A stretch of DNA of 64,000 nucleotides, taken from the IMG/VR virus record IMGVR_UViG_3300045988_122195, positions 50,227 through 114,226 of that record; one strand, 5' to 3'. Position numbers and translations under genes: made by a program. Positions 47,093 through 56,843 of the stretch are shown in pieces. Each line of letters opens with the position of its first letter. Position 1 is the stretch's first letter. This DNA comes from a virus. The notes under the pieces were generated by a model that worked only from the letters and a program-made list of their open reading frames with translations, did no database searches and had not been told where the DNA came from.

Positions 47093-50000
47093 TGGAAAGA
47101 AATAAATTAATTAAAGAAATAATTCCTACATTAAACTTTAAATTTCCATATGAAACAAAGGATTATTGTGAAAATCTGTACTTTGAAAATTATCATTGTC
47201 ATAAAGATTTTAGCAATCCGACAATTGCAGATAGTGGTGAATCTATTGAAAACTATGCAAATAGATGTCATGAGCTGAAAGCAAAATGTTTGTTTTCTGG
47301 TGAACACGGCAATCAAGGAAATCATTTTCATGTATACACCGTAGCAGAAAAAGAAAAATTAAGATATAGACATTCAACTGAAGCTTATTGGGTTAAAGAT
47401 AGACATGAAAAAGATAGGACAAACTGTCATATTGTTTTAGTTGCAAAAAATGCAGAAGGAAGACGAGATATCAATTACGCCTTATCTATGGCAAATATTG
47501 ACGGATATTATTACAGACCACGTATTGACTTAGAATTATTAATGAATATTCCAAAAGATAATGTAATTGTTACGTCTGCATGTATTGCCGGATGGTGGTA
47601 TGATGACGCTTCTGATGTTTGGTTAAAGATACATGAACATTTTCAAGACAATTTTTTCTTTGAAGTACAGACAAATAATACTGATCCGCAGAAAAAATTG
47701 AATGAAAGAATTCTTAGATTGTCTGAAAAAAATGGAATAGATATAATAGCAGGATTAGATAGTCATTATATCAATGATGTCGGAGAAGTAAAAAGAGATC
47801 AGATTTTAAAGTATAAAAAAGTAACATATCCCGAAGAACAAGGATGGTTTATGGACTATCCAGATATGTTAACAGGTCTTGAAAGATTTGCAAATCAAAA
47901 TGTATTAGATGAAAAATTGGCATTAAGAGCATTTATGAACACTAATGTTTTTGTAAATGAATGTGAAGAAATTGTATTAGATAGAAGTTTTAAAATTCCT
48001 AGTATGTATAAGGACAAGACATATAAAGAAAAATGTAAGATTTATATGAATGACCTTAATAAAGCATATTCAAAAGAAAAAATCAAATCAAAAGACCGAG
48101 CAGATGGAATTAGATACGAAGCAAAAGAAGTAATGAATTCTGGTGTTGTAGACTATTTCTTGACAAGTAAAAAAATAGTAGAAGATGCAATCAATAATGA
48201 GGGTGGTATTCTTACTACAACATCAAGAGGAAGTGCTGCTTCATATATTACTAATAAATTAATCGGTCTTACAACTGTTGATAGATTCAATTCTGATATC
48301 CCAATCTATCCTGAAAGATTCCTTACAAAAGAACGTGTAGATGCTGGAATGATGCCAGATATTGACTTAAATATTTCAGATCAAGAACCATTTATTAAAG
48401 CTACAAAAAAATTACTTGGAGAATATGGTTGTATGCCACTTATGGCAGTAGAAAAGCTTAAGAAAAAAGCAGCATGGCAATTATACGCAGGTGCAAATGA
48501 TGTAGAACCTGCTATGGCAACTCAGATTTCTAAATACATAGATGAGTATGAAGATGCATTGAAATATGCAGAAGAAGAAGAGAAAGAATTTATCAATGTA
48601 GAAGATTACATTCCTGAGAAGTATATTGATCTATTTAGAAAGAGTAACGATTATCAAGGAATTACAATTAATTTAAAAGTACATGCATGTGGAAACTTAA
48701 TTTTCGATGGAGATATTAGAAGAGAAGTTGGTCTCATAACTGCAATCTCTAAAACCACTGGGAAACGTACGCTGTGCGCTTGCGTAGAAGGTGGAGTATT
48801 AGATGATTTTGGTTATGTTAAAGAAGATTTTCTTATTGTAGACAGTGTATCTTTGATTTATAAATGTTTTAAAGCAATTGAAAGAGAGGTACCGTCTTTC
48901 GAAGAACTTAGAGAAATGATTAAAGATGATAAACCAACATGGGATATCTATGAAAAAGGTATTACTTGCTGTGTGAATCAATGTGAGAAAGCATCTACTA
49001 CAAATAAAGTTAAAAAATATAAACCTAAGACACTGGCTGAATTGTCTGCCTTTATTGCTGCGATTAGACCAGGATTTGCATCTCTGCTAAACAGATTTCT
49101 TAATCGATCCGAATATACAACAGGAGAAGAAAAGATTGATGAGTTGTTGAATGATACAGCACACTTTATGCTGTATCAGGAATCAATTATGAAAGTTCTT
49201 TCGTTTTTAGGAATGAAAATGGGAGATACATATGGTGTTATTAAATCTATTTCTAAAAAGAAATTAAAAGGTGAAAAGAAAGAAAAACTTCTTATTGAAT
49301 TAAAAAAAGATTGGGAAAATGAATTTGGTAACTTAGATAATTTTTCAAATGTATGGAGCGTAATTGAGGATTCAGCTCATTACGCATTTAATTCCCCTCA
49401 TGCTTATTCAATGGCTGGTGATTCTGCATATATAGCATGGTTTAAAGCACACCATACATCAACATTTTACGAAGTTGCGATAAATCATTATCAACAAAAG
49501 AATAAAAAAGATAAGATAAATGCTCTTATTGAAGAGTCCATCAAATTCTATGGATATAAATTAGGTGATTATAAGTTTGGCAATGATAATAGAACTGTTA
49601 CGGTAGATGAGAAAAATAAATTGATTTATCCAAATTTATCAAGTGTAAAAGGATTCGGAGAGGGTGTTGTAAATACATTGTATGAATTAGGGTTAAAGGA
49701 ATATAGCTCTTTCATTGACGTTTTAACAGCTCTTACTTCCAACTCAATCAATAAAACAATTATCAATAAATTGATCAGAATCAACTATTTTGACAATTAT
49801 GGAGATGTAAATACTTTATTGCAGATTACTACGTATTTTGATTTAATAAACGGAATTAAGCAGATGTCAAAAGAAAAAGCAATAAAAAACAATATTCCTT
49901 TTGAATGTTTGAAGAAATATGGACATGAAACTGAAAAACAATTCAATAAAATAGATTCTGTTGGATTATTAAACGAATTAGTTTCAAACAACAAATATAA

Positions 50001-50379
50001 AGAACTTTCTTTAAAAGAAAAAATTGACAATCAGCATGAGATTCTTGGAATTATAAATATTGTAGATCCTGAAACAAACAAACGAATGTATTACGTGTCT
50101 GGTTTGGAAGTGTTAAAAACTGTTACAAACATTACTCTTTATGAAATCTACAGTGGTAAAACACGCCAAGTGAAGATGTGGACGAATCAATATAATAAAG
50201 AGCCTTTTGATGAAACTGATGTTCTATACATTATTTCCCTTGAGAAAAAGAATAAAAAAGAACCTACCGGTGAAATAAATCCAGAAACAGGTAAAAAAAT
50301 CTATGCAGATGTGCCAGATAAGTTTGAATATTGGCTCAAGAAATTCATAGTAAAGGAAAGTTTAGAAGATGATAGATAG
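47092..50379 (+). CDS. dnaE: DNA polymerase III alpha subunit (DnaE-type) with N-terminal PHP domain
   Basis: 1095 aa, GTG start; PHP signature FENYHCHKDFSNPTIADS; length/architecture of Pol III alpha. Confidence 0.8.
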   Translation: MERNKLIKEIIPTLNFKFPYETKDYCENLYFENYHCHKDFSNPTIADSGESIENYANRCHELKAKCLFSGEHGNQGNHFHVYTVAEKEKLRYRHSTEAYWVKDRHEKDRTNCHIVLVAKNAEGRRDINYALSMANIDGYYYRPRIDLELLMNIPKDNVIVTSACIAGWWYDDASDVWLKIHEHFQDNFFFEVQTNNTDPQKKLNERILRLSEKNGIDIIAGLDSHYINDVGEVKRDQILKYKKVTYPEEQGWFMDYPDMLTGLERFANQNVLDEKLALRAFMNTNVFVNECEEIVLDRSFKIPSMYKDKTYKEKCKIYMNDLNKAYSKEKIKSKDRADGIRYEAKEVMNSGVVDYFLTSKKIVEDAINNEGGILTTTSRGSAASYITNKLIGLTTVDRFNSDIPIYPERFLTKERVDAGMMPDIDLNISDQEPFIKATKKLLGEYGCMPLMAVEKLKKKAAWQLYAGANDVEPAMATQISKYIDEYEDALKYAEEEEKEFINVEDYIPEKYIDLFRKSNDYQGITINLKVHACGNLIFDGDIRREVGLITAISKTTGKRTLCACVEGGVLDDFGYVKEDFLIVDSVSLIYKCFKAIEREVPSFEELREMIKDDKPTWDIYEKGITCCVNQCEKASTTNKVKKYKPKTLAELSAFIAAIRPGFASLLNRFLNRSEYTTGEEKIDELLNDTAHFMLYQESIMKVLSFLGMKMGDTYGVIKSISKKKLKGEKKEKLLIELKKDWENEFGNLDNFSNVWSVIEDSAHYAFNSPHAYSMAGDSAYIAWFKAHHTSTFYEVAINHYQQKNKKDKINALIEESIKFYGYKLGDYKFGNDNRTVTVDEKNKLIYPNLSSVKGFGEGVVNTLYELGLKEYSSFIDVLTALTSNSINKTIINKLIRINYFDNYGDVNTLLQITTYFDLINGIKQMSKEKAIKNNIPFECLKKYGHETEKQFNKIDSVGLLNELVSNNKYKELSLKEKIDNQHEILGIINIVDPETNKRMYYVSGLEVLKTVTNITLYEIYSGKTRQVKMWTNQYNKEPFDETDVLYIISLEKKNKKEPTGEINPETGKKIYADVPDKFEYWLKKFIVKESLEDDR

Positions 50380-50905
50380 TTTTAAATATACAGACAAAGA
50401 AATTAATGAATTGGTTTCTTCTATGGTTATTCTTGTAGACACGAGGGAACAGAAGTGTGATCACATTTTAGAACACTTTGATAAGAAAAAGATTAATTAT
50501 AAGAAAAAAGCTCTTGATTATGGGGATTATAGTTTTATGATCCCCAAGAATGAGAAGCTAGCAATACCAAGAGACTTGTACTTCAACCGAAAAGTCTGTA
50601 TTGAAAGAAAAGGAAGCCTTGAAGAAATCAGTGGAAACTTCACGAACGGTAGAGACAGGTTTGAAAAAGAGTTAAGTCTTGCACCAAAAACAAAAGTATT
50701 ACTAATAGAGAATGCTGACTATGGCGATGTTGCATGTGGTAATTACAACACGCAGTACAACAAAAAATCATTTATAGGTTCTCTTCATAGCTTCTGGTTT
50801 AAATACAACATACCAATATTTTTCATGAAGGAGAATAAATATTCAGGCGTATTTATCAGAATGTACTTTGAATATTACTTCAAAAACTATTTGAAAGGGA
50901 ATTAG
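50369..50905 (+). CDS. ERCC4-type (XPF/Mus81/Hef-like) nuclease domain protein
   Basis: 178 aa; VILVDTREQ (V-x-V-D-x-R-E) and CIERKGSLEE (ERK motif). Confidence 0.6.
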   Translation: MIDSFKYTDKEINELVSSMVILVDTREQKCDHILEHFDKKKINYKKKALDYGDYSFMIPKNEKLAIPRDLYFNRKVCIERKGSLEEISGNFTNGRDRFEKELSLAPKTKVLLIENADYGDVACGNYNTQYNKKSFIGSLHSFWFKYNIPIFFMKENKYSGVFIRMYFEYYFKNYLKGN

Positions 50906-50907
50906 GT

Positions 50908-51177
50908 ATGAATTACGAGACTCAATATTATAAAGGAATTCCATTAAATCTTATAAAAAGGAAATATGGGAACAGAAATGCGAAGCGATTTGTAATCAAT
51001 CATACAAATCAAAACGTATGGATTCCGAATAAACATCTTGAAGAAGATGGAACAATTAAATTAATGGAAAATATAGATTATGTGTTTAGAAAATCGACAC
51101 GACAATTAGAATTGGCTGGAATTACTCAACCAATTATAGGTATTAAAAGACGAACAATAAGGAGAATAAATGAATAA
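50908..51177 (+). CDS. hypothetical protein
   Basis: 89-aa ORF. Confidence 0.45.
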   Translation: MNYETQYYKGIPLNLIKRKYGNRNAKRFVINHTNQNVWIPNKHLEEDGTIKLMENIDYVFRKSTRQLELAGITQPIIGIKRRTIRRINE

Positions 51178-51919
51178 AGTAAAAGTTTTCGAGGAACTTC
51201 TAACAAAGTTTGAAACAGAAGAGATTAAAAGTTATTGCGAAGATATGATTAATGATATTCCAGATTATATCTTCATGATCCCAAGTAGTACATCACTTAA
51301 ATATCACAACGCAACACAGTGTAAGACACATGGACAGCTCATGCATATTTTTATGTTTGCTGAGATTATGAATTACATACTTGATTTGGAATATGTTAAA
51401 GAAAAGACTGATTCAGTTAAAAGAGATTGCTTAAGATGCACTCCAATTTTCCATGATGCTATAAAATGTGGTCTGAATGGTTCGCAGTATTCATTGCATG
51501 ATCATCCTCTAATTGCAGGAAAATGGATTCGTGAGACAGTAGTTGAGCATGATATCAGCCAAGAACTTAAGGACTATATTGCTAGATTATGTGAGAGTCA
51601 TTCAGGTGAATGGACATCTACAAAAAGAAGTAAAGTAGTTCTTCCTAAACCAGAAACAGATGACCAATTTTTAGTACATCTCTGTGATTACCTATCAAGT
51701 AGACCAAACTTAGATATGACTTATGAAGATGAATTAGACGAAATTCTTGGTGAAATCAAAGAAGATAGTGTGCCAAAACTTGATGAATATGTCTTAGATT
51801 TTGGTAAATATAAAGGACAGAAACTTATTGATGTTGCCGAAATGAATCCTGGATATATCAGTTGGGCTAAAGAAAATATTGGCAGAGAACCGATTAGAAG
51901 TTTACTGGAACAGTTATAA
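51170..51919 (+). CDS. HD-domain phosphohydrolase
   Basis: 249 aa; His KYHNATQ, HD dyad PIFHDAIKCG, later HSGEW and HLCDYL; C-terminal FGKYKGQKLIDVAEMNPGYISWA motif. Confidence 0.6.
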   Translation: MNKVKVFEELLTKFETEEIKSYCEDMINDIPDYIFMIPSSTSLKYHNATQCKTHGQLMHIFMFAEIMNYILDLEYVKEKTDSVKRDCLRCTPIFHDAIKCGLNGSQYSLHDHPLIAGKWIRETVVEHDISQELKDYIARLCESHSGEWTSTKRSKVVLPKPETDDQFLVHLCDYLSSRPNLDMTYEDELDEILGEIKEDSVPKLDEYVLDFGKYKGQKLIDVAEMNPGYISWAKENIGREPIRSLLEQL

Positions 51920-51929
51920 GGAGAATCAA

Positions 51930-52736
51930 ATGATTAAAATTTCATGTAAAGAATATGCAGCTAATTTAAAAGAAGAACTAAAAGAGTTATGCGAAAAATC
52001 ACCAAGACAGCGTTGCCTTACAGTGGTTCAGATTGGGAATGATGCAGCAAGTAACTCTTATGTAAATGGCAAAAGAAAAGATTGTGAGTATGTTGGGATC
52101 AAGTTCAATCATGTACATATTACAGATTATGAAAATCTTGATGAATCAGATCTATGCCAAATCATTAAAGAACTTAACAAATCAGAGGAAGTTGATGGAA
52201 TCATCATCCAGCTTCCTATTCCAGACAAATACAACGTAAAAACATTACAGCAGTTTATCAGTCCAGAAAAAGATGTAGATGGTTTCAGAATGGATTCGCT
52301 CTATAATCCATGTACTCCGCAGGGAATTATTGATTGGCTCGAAGCTAACGATATTGATTTAAGAGGTAAATTAGTAACTGTATTAGGAAGAAGTGAAATA
52401 GTTGGAAAACCACTTGTGAATATGTTGATCGACAAAGGTGCGACAGTTATTAGTTGCAATAGTAAGACAGAAAAATATCATATGGAACATTTAATGATAT
52501 TATCAAATATTGTTATTTCTGCAATTGGCAAGCCTAAGAAATTTGATTCTTCTTGCTTCTATGGTAATACCATTATTATAGATGTTGGCATCAATAGAGA
52601 TGAATATGGCAAATTGTGTGGAGATATTAACAGAGAAGAAGTCGAAGGTTATTATGAAAGTTGTTATGTAACTCCTGTTCCTGGCGGTGTAGGGTTATTA
52701 ACAAGGGTTACATTGTTGAAAAACGTAATGAAATGA
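51930..52736 (+). CDS. folD: bifunctional methylenetetrahydrofolate dehydrogenase/cyclohydrolase FolD (track 51879..52736; ATG 51930 after taaggagaatcaa)
   Basis: YVNGKRKDCEYVGI, IIQLPIP, VLGRSEIVGKPL, TPVPGGVGLLT signatures. Confidence 0.8.
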   Translation: MIKISCKEYAANLKEELKELCEKSPRQRCLTVVQIGNDAASNSYVNGKRKDCEYVGIKFNHVHITDYENLDESDLCQIIKELNKSEEVDGIIIQLPIPDKYNVKTLQQFISPEKDVDGFRMDSLYNPCTPQGIIDWLEANDIDLRGKLVTVLGRSEIVGKPLVNMLIDKGATVISCNSKTEKYHMEHLMILSNIVISAIGKPKKFDSSCFYGNTIIIDVGINRDEYGKLCGDINREEVEGYYESCYVTPVPGGVGLLTRVTLLKNVMK

Positions 52737-52740
52737 GTAA

Positions 52741-52758
52741 ATGAAATTTAAGTTTCAT
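52741..52758 (+). terminator. hairpin ATGAAA-TTTAAG-TTTCAT followed by CTATATTTTAAT, after folD
   Basis: Same motif family, T-rich tail. Confidence 0.4.
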
Positions 52759-52885
52759 CTATATTTTAATACAGCATATGGTATATGATAATATATCTAT
52801 GAACTATATATTGTGTTAAAATTATTGCAACACACAATATTATCTATATATCTCGAAAGATAGCATTTTCATTGGGAGGGAATAT

Positions 52886-53227
52886 ATGACAGAATTAAAT
52901 ATTTTAATGATTGCTGCTTGTTCTATTGCTTCAATTCTCTTTATTACAGACCTAATTATGTGCGACACGAAAGAAGTTGTTTGGAAAAGAAAGAAGCTAA
53001 CAGCAGATAAAGCTAGAAAGATATCTAATGATTATTCTGAAGACATTGACTTTATTGAAAAAGAAATCAGACAGGCTGCTAAACAAAACAAAACTTCTGT
53101 AGAACTGACTATTTACAGTGAAAAAGTAGTAAAACATTTCGAGAACGCTAAATTTGTTGTAACACATGTTCAGAAATGTATTTATAACATTGATTGGAGC
53201 AACAATGAAAATAGAAAAGAATATTAG
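52886..53227 (+). CDS. membrane-anchored hypothetical protein
   Basis: 113 aa; N-terminal TM ILMIAACSIASILFITDLIM. Confidence 0.5.
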   Translation: MTELNILMIAACSIASILFITDLIMCDTKEVVWKRKKLTADKARKISNDYSEDIDFIEKEIRQAAKQNKTSVELTIYSEKVVKHFENAKFVVTHVQKCIYNIDWSNNENRKEY

Positions 53228-53280
53228 AGAATACACAATAGAGGAAGTAATTGAGCCTATAACATTGGAGGAAAAGAAGA

Positions 53281-53484
53281 ATGGTAAATATCAAATATGA
53301 AAGAGGTACATATGTGATCGACGCAAAGATTCATACAGAAGTTGCAACAAGTGATATAGCAAAAGTACAGGAGCATTTTATCACAAGTTGTTCATATGAA
53401 TTTGCAGAAGAACTTAAAAGTCTAATTAGCAAGGCAAATACTGTAAAGCCAAAATTAAAACCAGCAATTATTGGAGGAGAATAA
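53281..53484 (+). CDS. hypothetical small protein
   Basis: 67-aa ORF. Confidence 0.45.
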   Translation: MVNIKYERGTYVIDAKIHTEVATSDIAKVQEHFITSCSYEFAEELKSLISKANTVKPKLKPAIIGGE

Positions 53485-53485
53485 A

Positions 53486-54178
53486 ATGGGAACAGTAATA
53501 GTCACAAAAGACACAACAAAATATCCTATCACAATGATTGGACGATATGCAGGTGTATGTTGGGGAGCAAATACATCTGACAATGAGAAAAATTATAAAC
53601 GTGGTTTAGATTGTATCGAAAGTGAACACGGAAGAACATGGGAATTTCCAGACGTATATGCAATTATTGATGGATATTCAGCAAAGGTTTTGCGTGAATG
53701 GTATACACATGTAGGAGGTTTACCAACTAGATTACAAGCATCTACGAGATATATCAATTATTCCAAAGGTGAAGGATTTAAATATGTGACTCCACCTACA
53801 ATTACAAATAATATAGATGCCTTGGCAGAATGGTCATTGATGATGAGTGATATTAATGACATGATTAGAAAATTTATCAATGTATACAACATTCCAGTCG
53901 AAGATGCGACAATGGCATTACCTATAGCATATCAAAGTAAAATGGTAGACAAACGTAATTTCAGAAACGTTGTTGATATGTCGTTTCAGAGAACTTGCAC
54001 AAGAGCATATTGGGAATATAGAAATCAGTTAATGAAAGATTATCTTAATGCATTAAGAGAATATTCAGAAGAATGGAAGACATTGATTGATATGACATGC
54101 AAACCAAAATGTGAGAAAACTGGATTCTGTACAGAAAAGAAGACATGTGGAAGAAAGCCAAGAAAGGGTGAAAATTAA
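53486..54178 (+). CDS. ThyX-like (flavin-dependent thymidylate synthase family) protein with divergent RHR motif
   Basis: ESEHGRTWEF (ThyX HETPFEH region), KVLREWYTHVGG (ThyX RQWFRHR with RHR replaced by THV), QASTRY (ThyX SGRY); ATG 53486 after ggaggagaataaa. Confidence 0.5.
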   Translation: MGTVIVTKDTTKYPITMIGRYAGVCWGANTSDNEKNYKRGLDCIESEHGRTWEFPDVYAIIDGYSAKVLREWYTHVGGLPTRLQASTRYINYSKGEGFKYVTPPTITNNIDALAEWSLMMSDINDMIRKFINVYNIPVEDATMALPIAYQSKMVDKRNFRNVVDMSFQRTCTRAYWEYRNQLMKDYLNALREYSEEWKTLIDMTCKPKCEKTGFCTEKKTCGRKPRKGEN

Positions 54179-54384
54179 TGAGAGATCCGAATAGAACATA
54201 CCCATTTTGCAAAGAACTAGCAACAATTTGGAGTGAGAATTATCCTGACTTAAGATTTGGTCAGCTTATGTATAACTTCATTGCTTGGTGTAGTAATACA
54301 AAGAAACGTGATATTTTCTTTCCAGAAGAAAAAGAATTTATGGAATTATTTAAAGAGTTTTGTGGAATTAAAGAGGGAGAATAA
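54178..54384 (+). CDS. hypothetical small protein
   Basis: 68 aa; start overlaps previous stop; ends KEGE*. Confidence 0.45.
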   Translation: MRDPNRTYPFCKELATIWSENYPDLRFGQLMYNFIAWCSNTKKRDIFFPEEKEFMELFKEFCGIKEGE

Positions 54385-54387
54385 AGA

Positions 54388-54885
54388 ATGAATACATTAA
54401 TGAGTTATTTATTACAACTAGACACAGTGATTTTCTTTGATGTAGATGGAGTATTAGCACCGTATGAATTTGGTGTTAATAAACATTGTATTGATGACGA
54501 AGAATGGGATAGAAAAATGGCAGCAGGAGAAGATATGTATTCTACTGTATCTCCAATTAAATTATTCCAAAATTTTATTGAAAGAAAAGGAACGGATAAT
54601 GTATATGTTTGTTCTAAAGCATCGACCGAAGAGTGGGATTCAAAGCTTAAGTTCTGTTATGACGGTTATGGAATTCCAAAAGACCACATTATTAGAACAT
54701 CATCAAAGCCAGAGAAAGTTGAGGTTTTAAAAAATTTTGCAAAGAAACATAACATTCCAGAGAATAAAATCGCAATGGTAGAAGATACAACAGAAACATT
54801 AGATATGATTTTTAATAATACAGATTGTGCAACAGTGCATGTATCTTCGTTTCTTGATTATAACGATGAGGTAATTTATGAATAG
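54388..54885 (+). CDS. HAD-superfamily hydrolase (nucleotidase-like)
   Basis: 165 aa; HAD motif I VIFFDVDGVLAPYE. Confidence 0.55.
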   Translation: MNTLMSYLLQLDTVIFFDVDGVLAPYEFGVNKHCIDDEEWDRKMAAGEDMYSTVSPIKLFQNFIERKGTDNVYVCSKASTEEWDSKLKFCYDGYGIPKDHIIRTSSKPEKVEVLKNFAKKHNIPENKIAMVEDTTETLDMIFNNTDCATVHVSSFLDYNDEVIYE

Positions 54886-56830
54886 AGTAGATAGAATTAA
54901 AGAATTAATTTCAACACTTAACAAAGCATCAGATGCTTACTATAACAGTGGTAATCCTATTATGACAGACTATGAATGGGATAACTTATACGATGAGCTT
55001 GTAAAATTAGAAGAAAAAACTGGCGTTGTTTATCTCAATAGTCCTACACAAATTGTAGGATATGAGGTCAAAACAAAACTTGAGAAAGTAACACATTCAC
55101 ATCCAATGCTTTCTCTTGGCAAAACAAAATCCGTTAATGATTTAGTGAAATTTTCTAATGGAAAAGATTGCATTATTTCACTTAAGATGGACGGTCTTAC
55201 GGTTTTAAATACATATGATGGTTGTAAATTAATTCAGAGTGAGACTAGAGGAAATGGCGAGGTTGGGGAATTGATTACTCACAACGCTAGAGTATTCGAT
55301 AATTTACCTGTATCTATTGATGTGGATAAGAAGTTTGAGATTGAGGGCGAAGCAATTATCACAAAAGAAGACTTCTATAATATCAATTTAAAACTTAAAG
55401 ATGGTGAAAAATATAAGAATCCTCGTAACTTGGCAAGTGGATCAGTTAGACAGCTAGACAGTAAAATTGCAAAAGACCGCCATGTAAAATTTGTTGCTTG
55501 GAAGATCCCTTATGGATTTACAAGATTTACGGATGGGTTCAAATTCGCAGAAGAATTAGGTTTTGACGTTGTTCCTTATTCGAAATATAACAGCAAAACA
55601 GATGATATCAATGTGATTATCGAGTATTTAAAAGACCTTGCAGATGTAAAAGGTTATCCTATTGATGGTCTTGTCATTACATATGACAATGTAGAATATG
55701 GCAAATCACTTGGTATGACAGGACATCACCCTAGACATTCATTGGCATTTAAGTTTTACGATGAAGAAGAAGTTACTATATTAAAAGATATTGAATGGGG
55801 AATGGGTAAAACAGGACAACTTACACCAGTAGCAATCTTTGATGATGTAGAAATTGATGGTACAACAGTCAATAGAGCGTCACTTCATAATGTATCAATT
55901 CTCAAAGAATTACAACTTGGTATTTGTGATGAAGTTACAGTATATAAGGCAAACCAAATAATTCCTCAATTACGAGAAAATCTTACAAAAAGTAATACAG
56001 TTACAATCCCATCAACTTGTCCTATTTGTGGAGAACCTACAAAAATTATAAAAGATAATGATTCAGAAGTTCTCATGTGTACAAATGATAATTGTGCAGG
56101 TAAGCTTCTTGGCAAACTTTGTCATGCTGTAAGCAAGAATTCACTTAATATCGAAGGCTTATCTGAAGCTACAATTCAAAAATTCATTAATCTTGGTTGG
56201 TTAAAATCAATTAAAGATATCTATAATTTATCCGAGCATTTATCCGAGATGTATAAACTTGAAGGGTTTGGCAAAAAATCAGTAGACAAACTGCTTAATT
56301 CTATTGAAGATAGTAGAAATACAGACTTGGTTAAATATATTTATGCACAGTCAATTCCTTTAATTGGACACACAGCAAGTAAAGCTATCTCAAAAATGTG
56401 CGATGGTGACTTGAATACATTCGTTCAGCATATGATATCAAAAGGTGCAAATGCTTTTGGAAAGATTGATGGTATTGGTTCAGAAATGATTAAATCTCTT
56501 GAAAAATGGTGGGATATTAATTATTTAGAGTTTGTCGATACCGCAACAATATTTACATTTAAAAAGAAAGAAACAGTTAATGTATTAGGATCAGATCTAA
56601 CTGGCAAAGTGTTTGTCATTACCGGAAGTCTTACTCAGTTCAGAAATCGTGATGAGATGAAAGAAAGAATTGAATCTCTTGGTGGAAAAGTGTCTGGAAG
56701 CGTATCTGCTAAAACAACTGCATTAATCAATAATGATATTGAATCTACTAGCAGCAAGAATAAAAAAGCAAAACAATTAAACGTTCCAATCCTTACAGAG
56801 AATATGTTTATTGAAAAGTATTTACAGTAA
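54878..56830 (+). CDS. ligA: NAD-dependent DNA ligase LigA
   Basis: 650 aa; adenylation motif I ISLKMDGLTV (KxDG), Zn finger CPICGEP...C..NC, HhH region, C-terminal BRCT FVITGSLTQF. Confidence 0.85.
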   Translation: MNRVDRIKELISTLNKASDAYYNSGNPIMTDYEWDNLYDELVKLEEKTGVVYLNSPTQIVGYEVKTKLEKVTHSHPMLSLGKTKSVNDLVKFSNGKDCIISLKMDGLTVLNTYDGCKLIQSETRGNGEVGELITHNARVFDNLPVSIDVDKKFEIEGEAIITKEDFYNINLKLKDGEKYKNPRNLASGSVRQLDSKIAKDRHVKFVAWKIPYGFTRFTDGFKFAEELGFDVVPYSKYNSKTDDINVIIEYLKDLADVKGYPIDGLVITYDNVEYGKSLGMTGHHPRHSLAFKFYDEEEVTILKDIEWGMGKTGQLTPVAIFDDVEIDGTTVNRASLHNVSILKELQLGICDEVTVYKANQIIPQLRENLTKSNTVTIPSTCPICGEPTKIIKDNDSEVLMCTNDNCAGKLLGKLCHAVSKNSLNIEGLSEATIQKFINLGWLKSIKDIYNLSEHLSEMYKLEGFGKKSVDKLLNSIEDSRNTDLVKYIYAQSIPLIGHTASKAISKMCDGDLNTFVQHMISKGANAFGKIDGIGSEMIKSLEKWWDINYLEFVDTATIFTFKKKETVNVLGSDLTGKVFVITGSLTQFRNRDEMKERIESLGGKVSGSVSAKTTALINNDIESTSSKNKKAKQLNVPILTENMFIEKYLQ

Positions 56831-56843
56831 GGAGATATATAGA

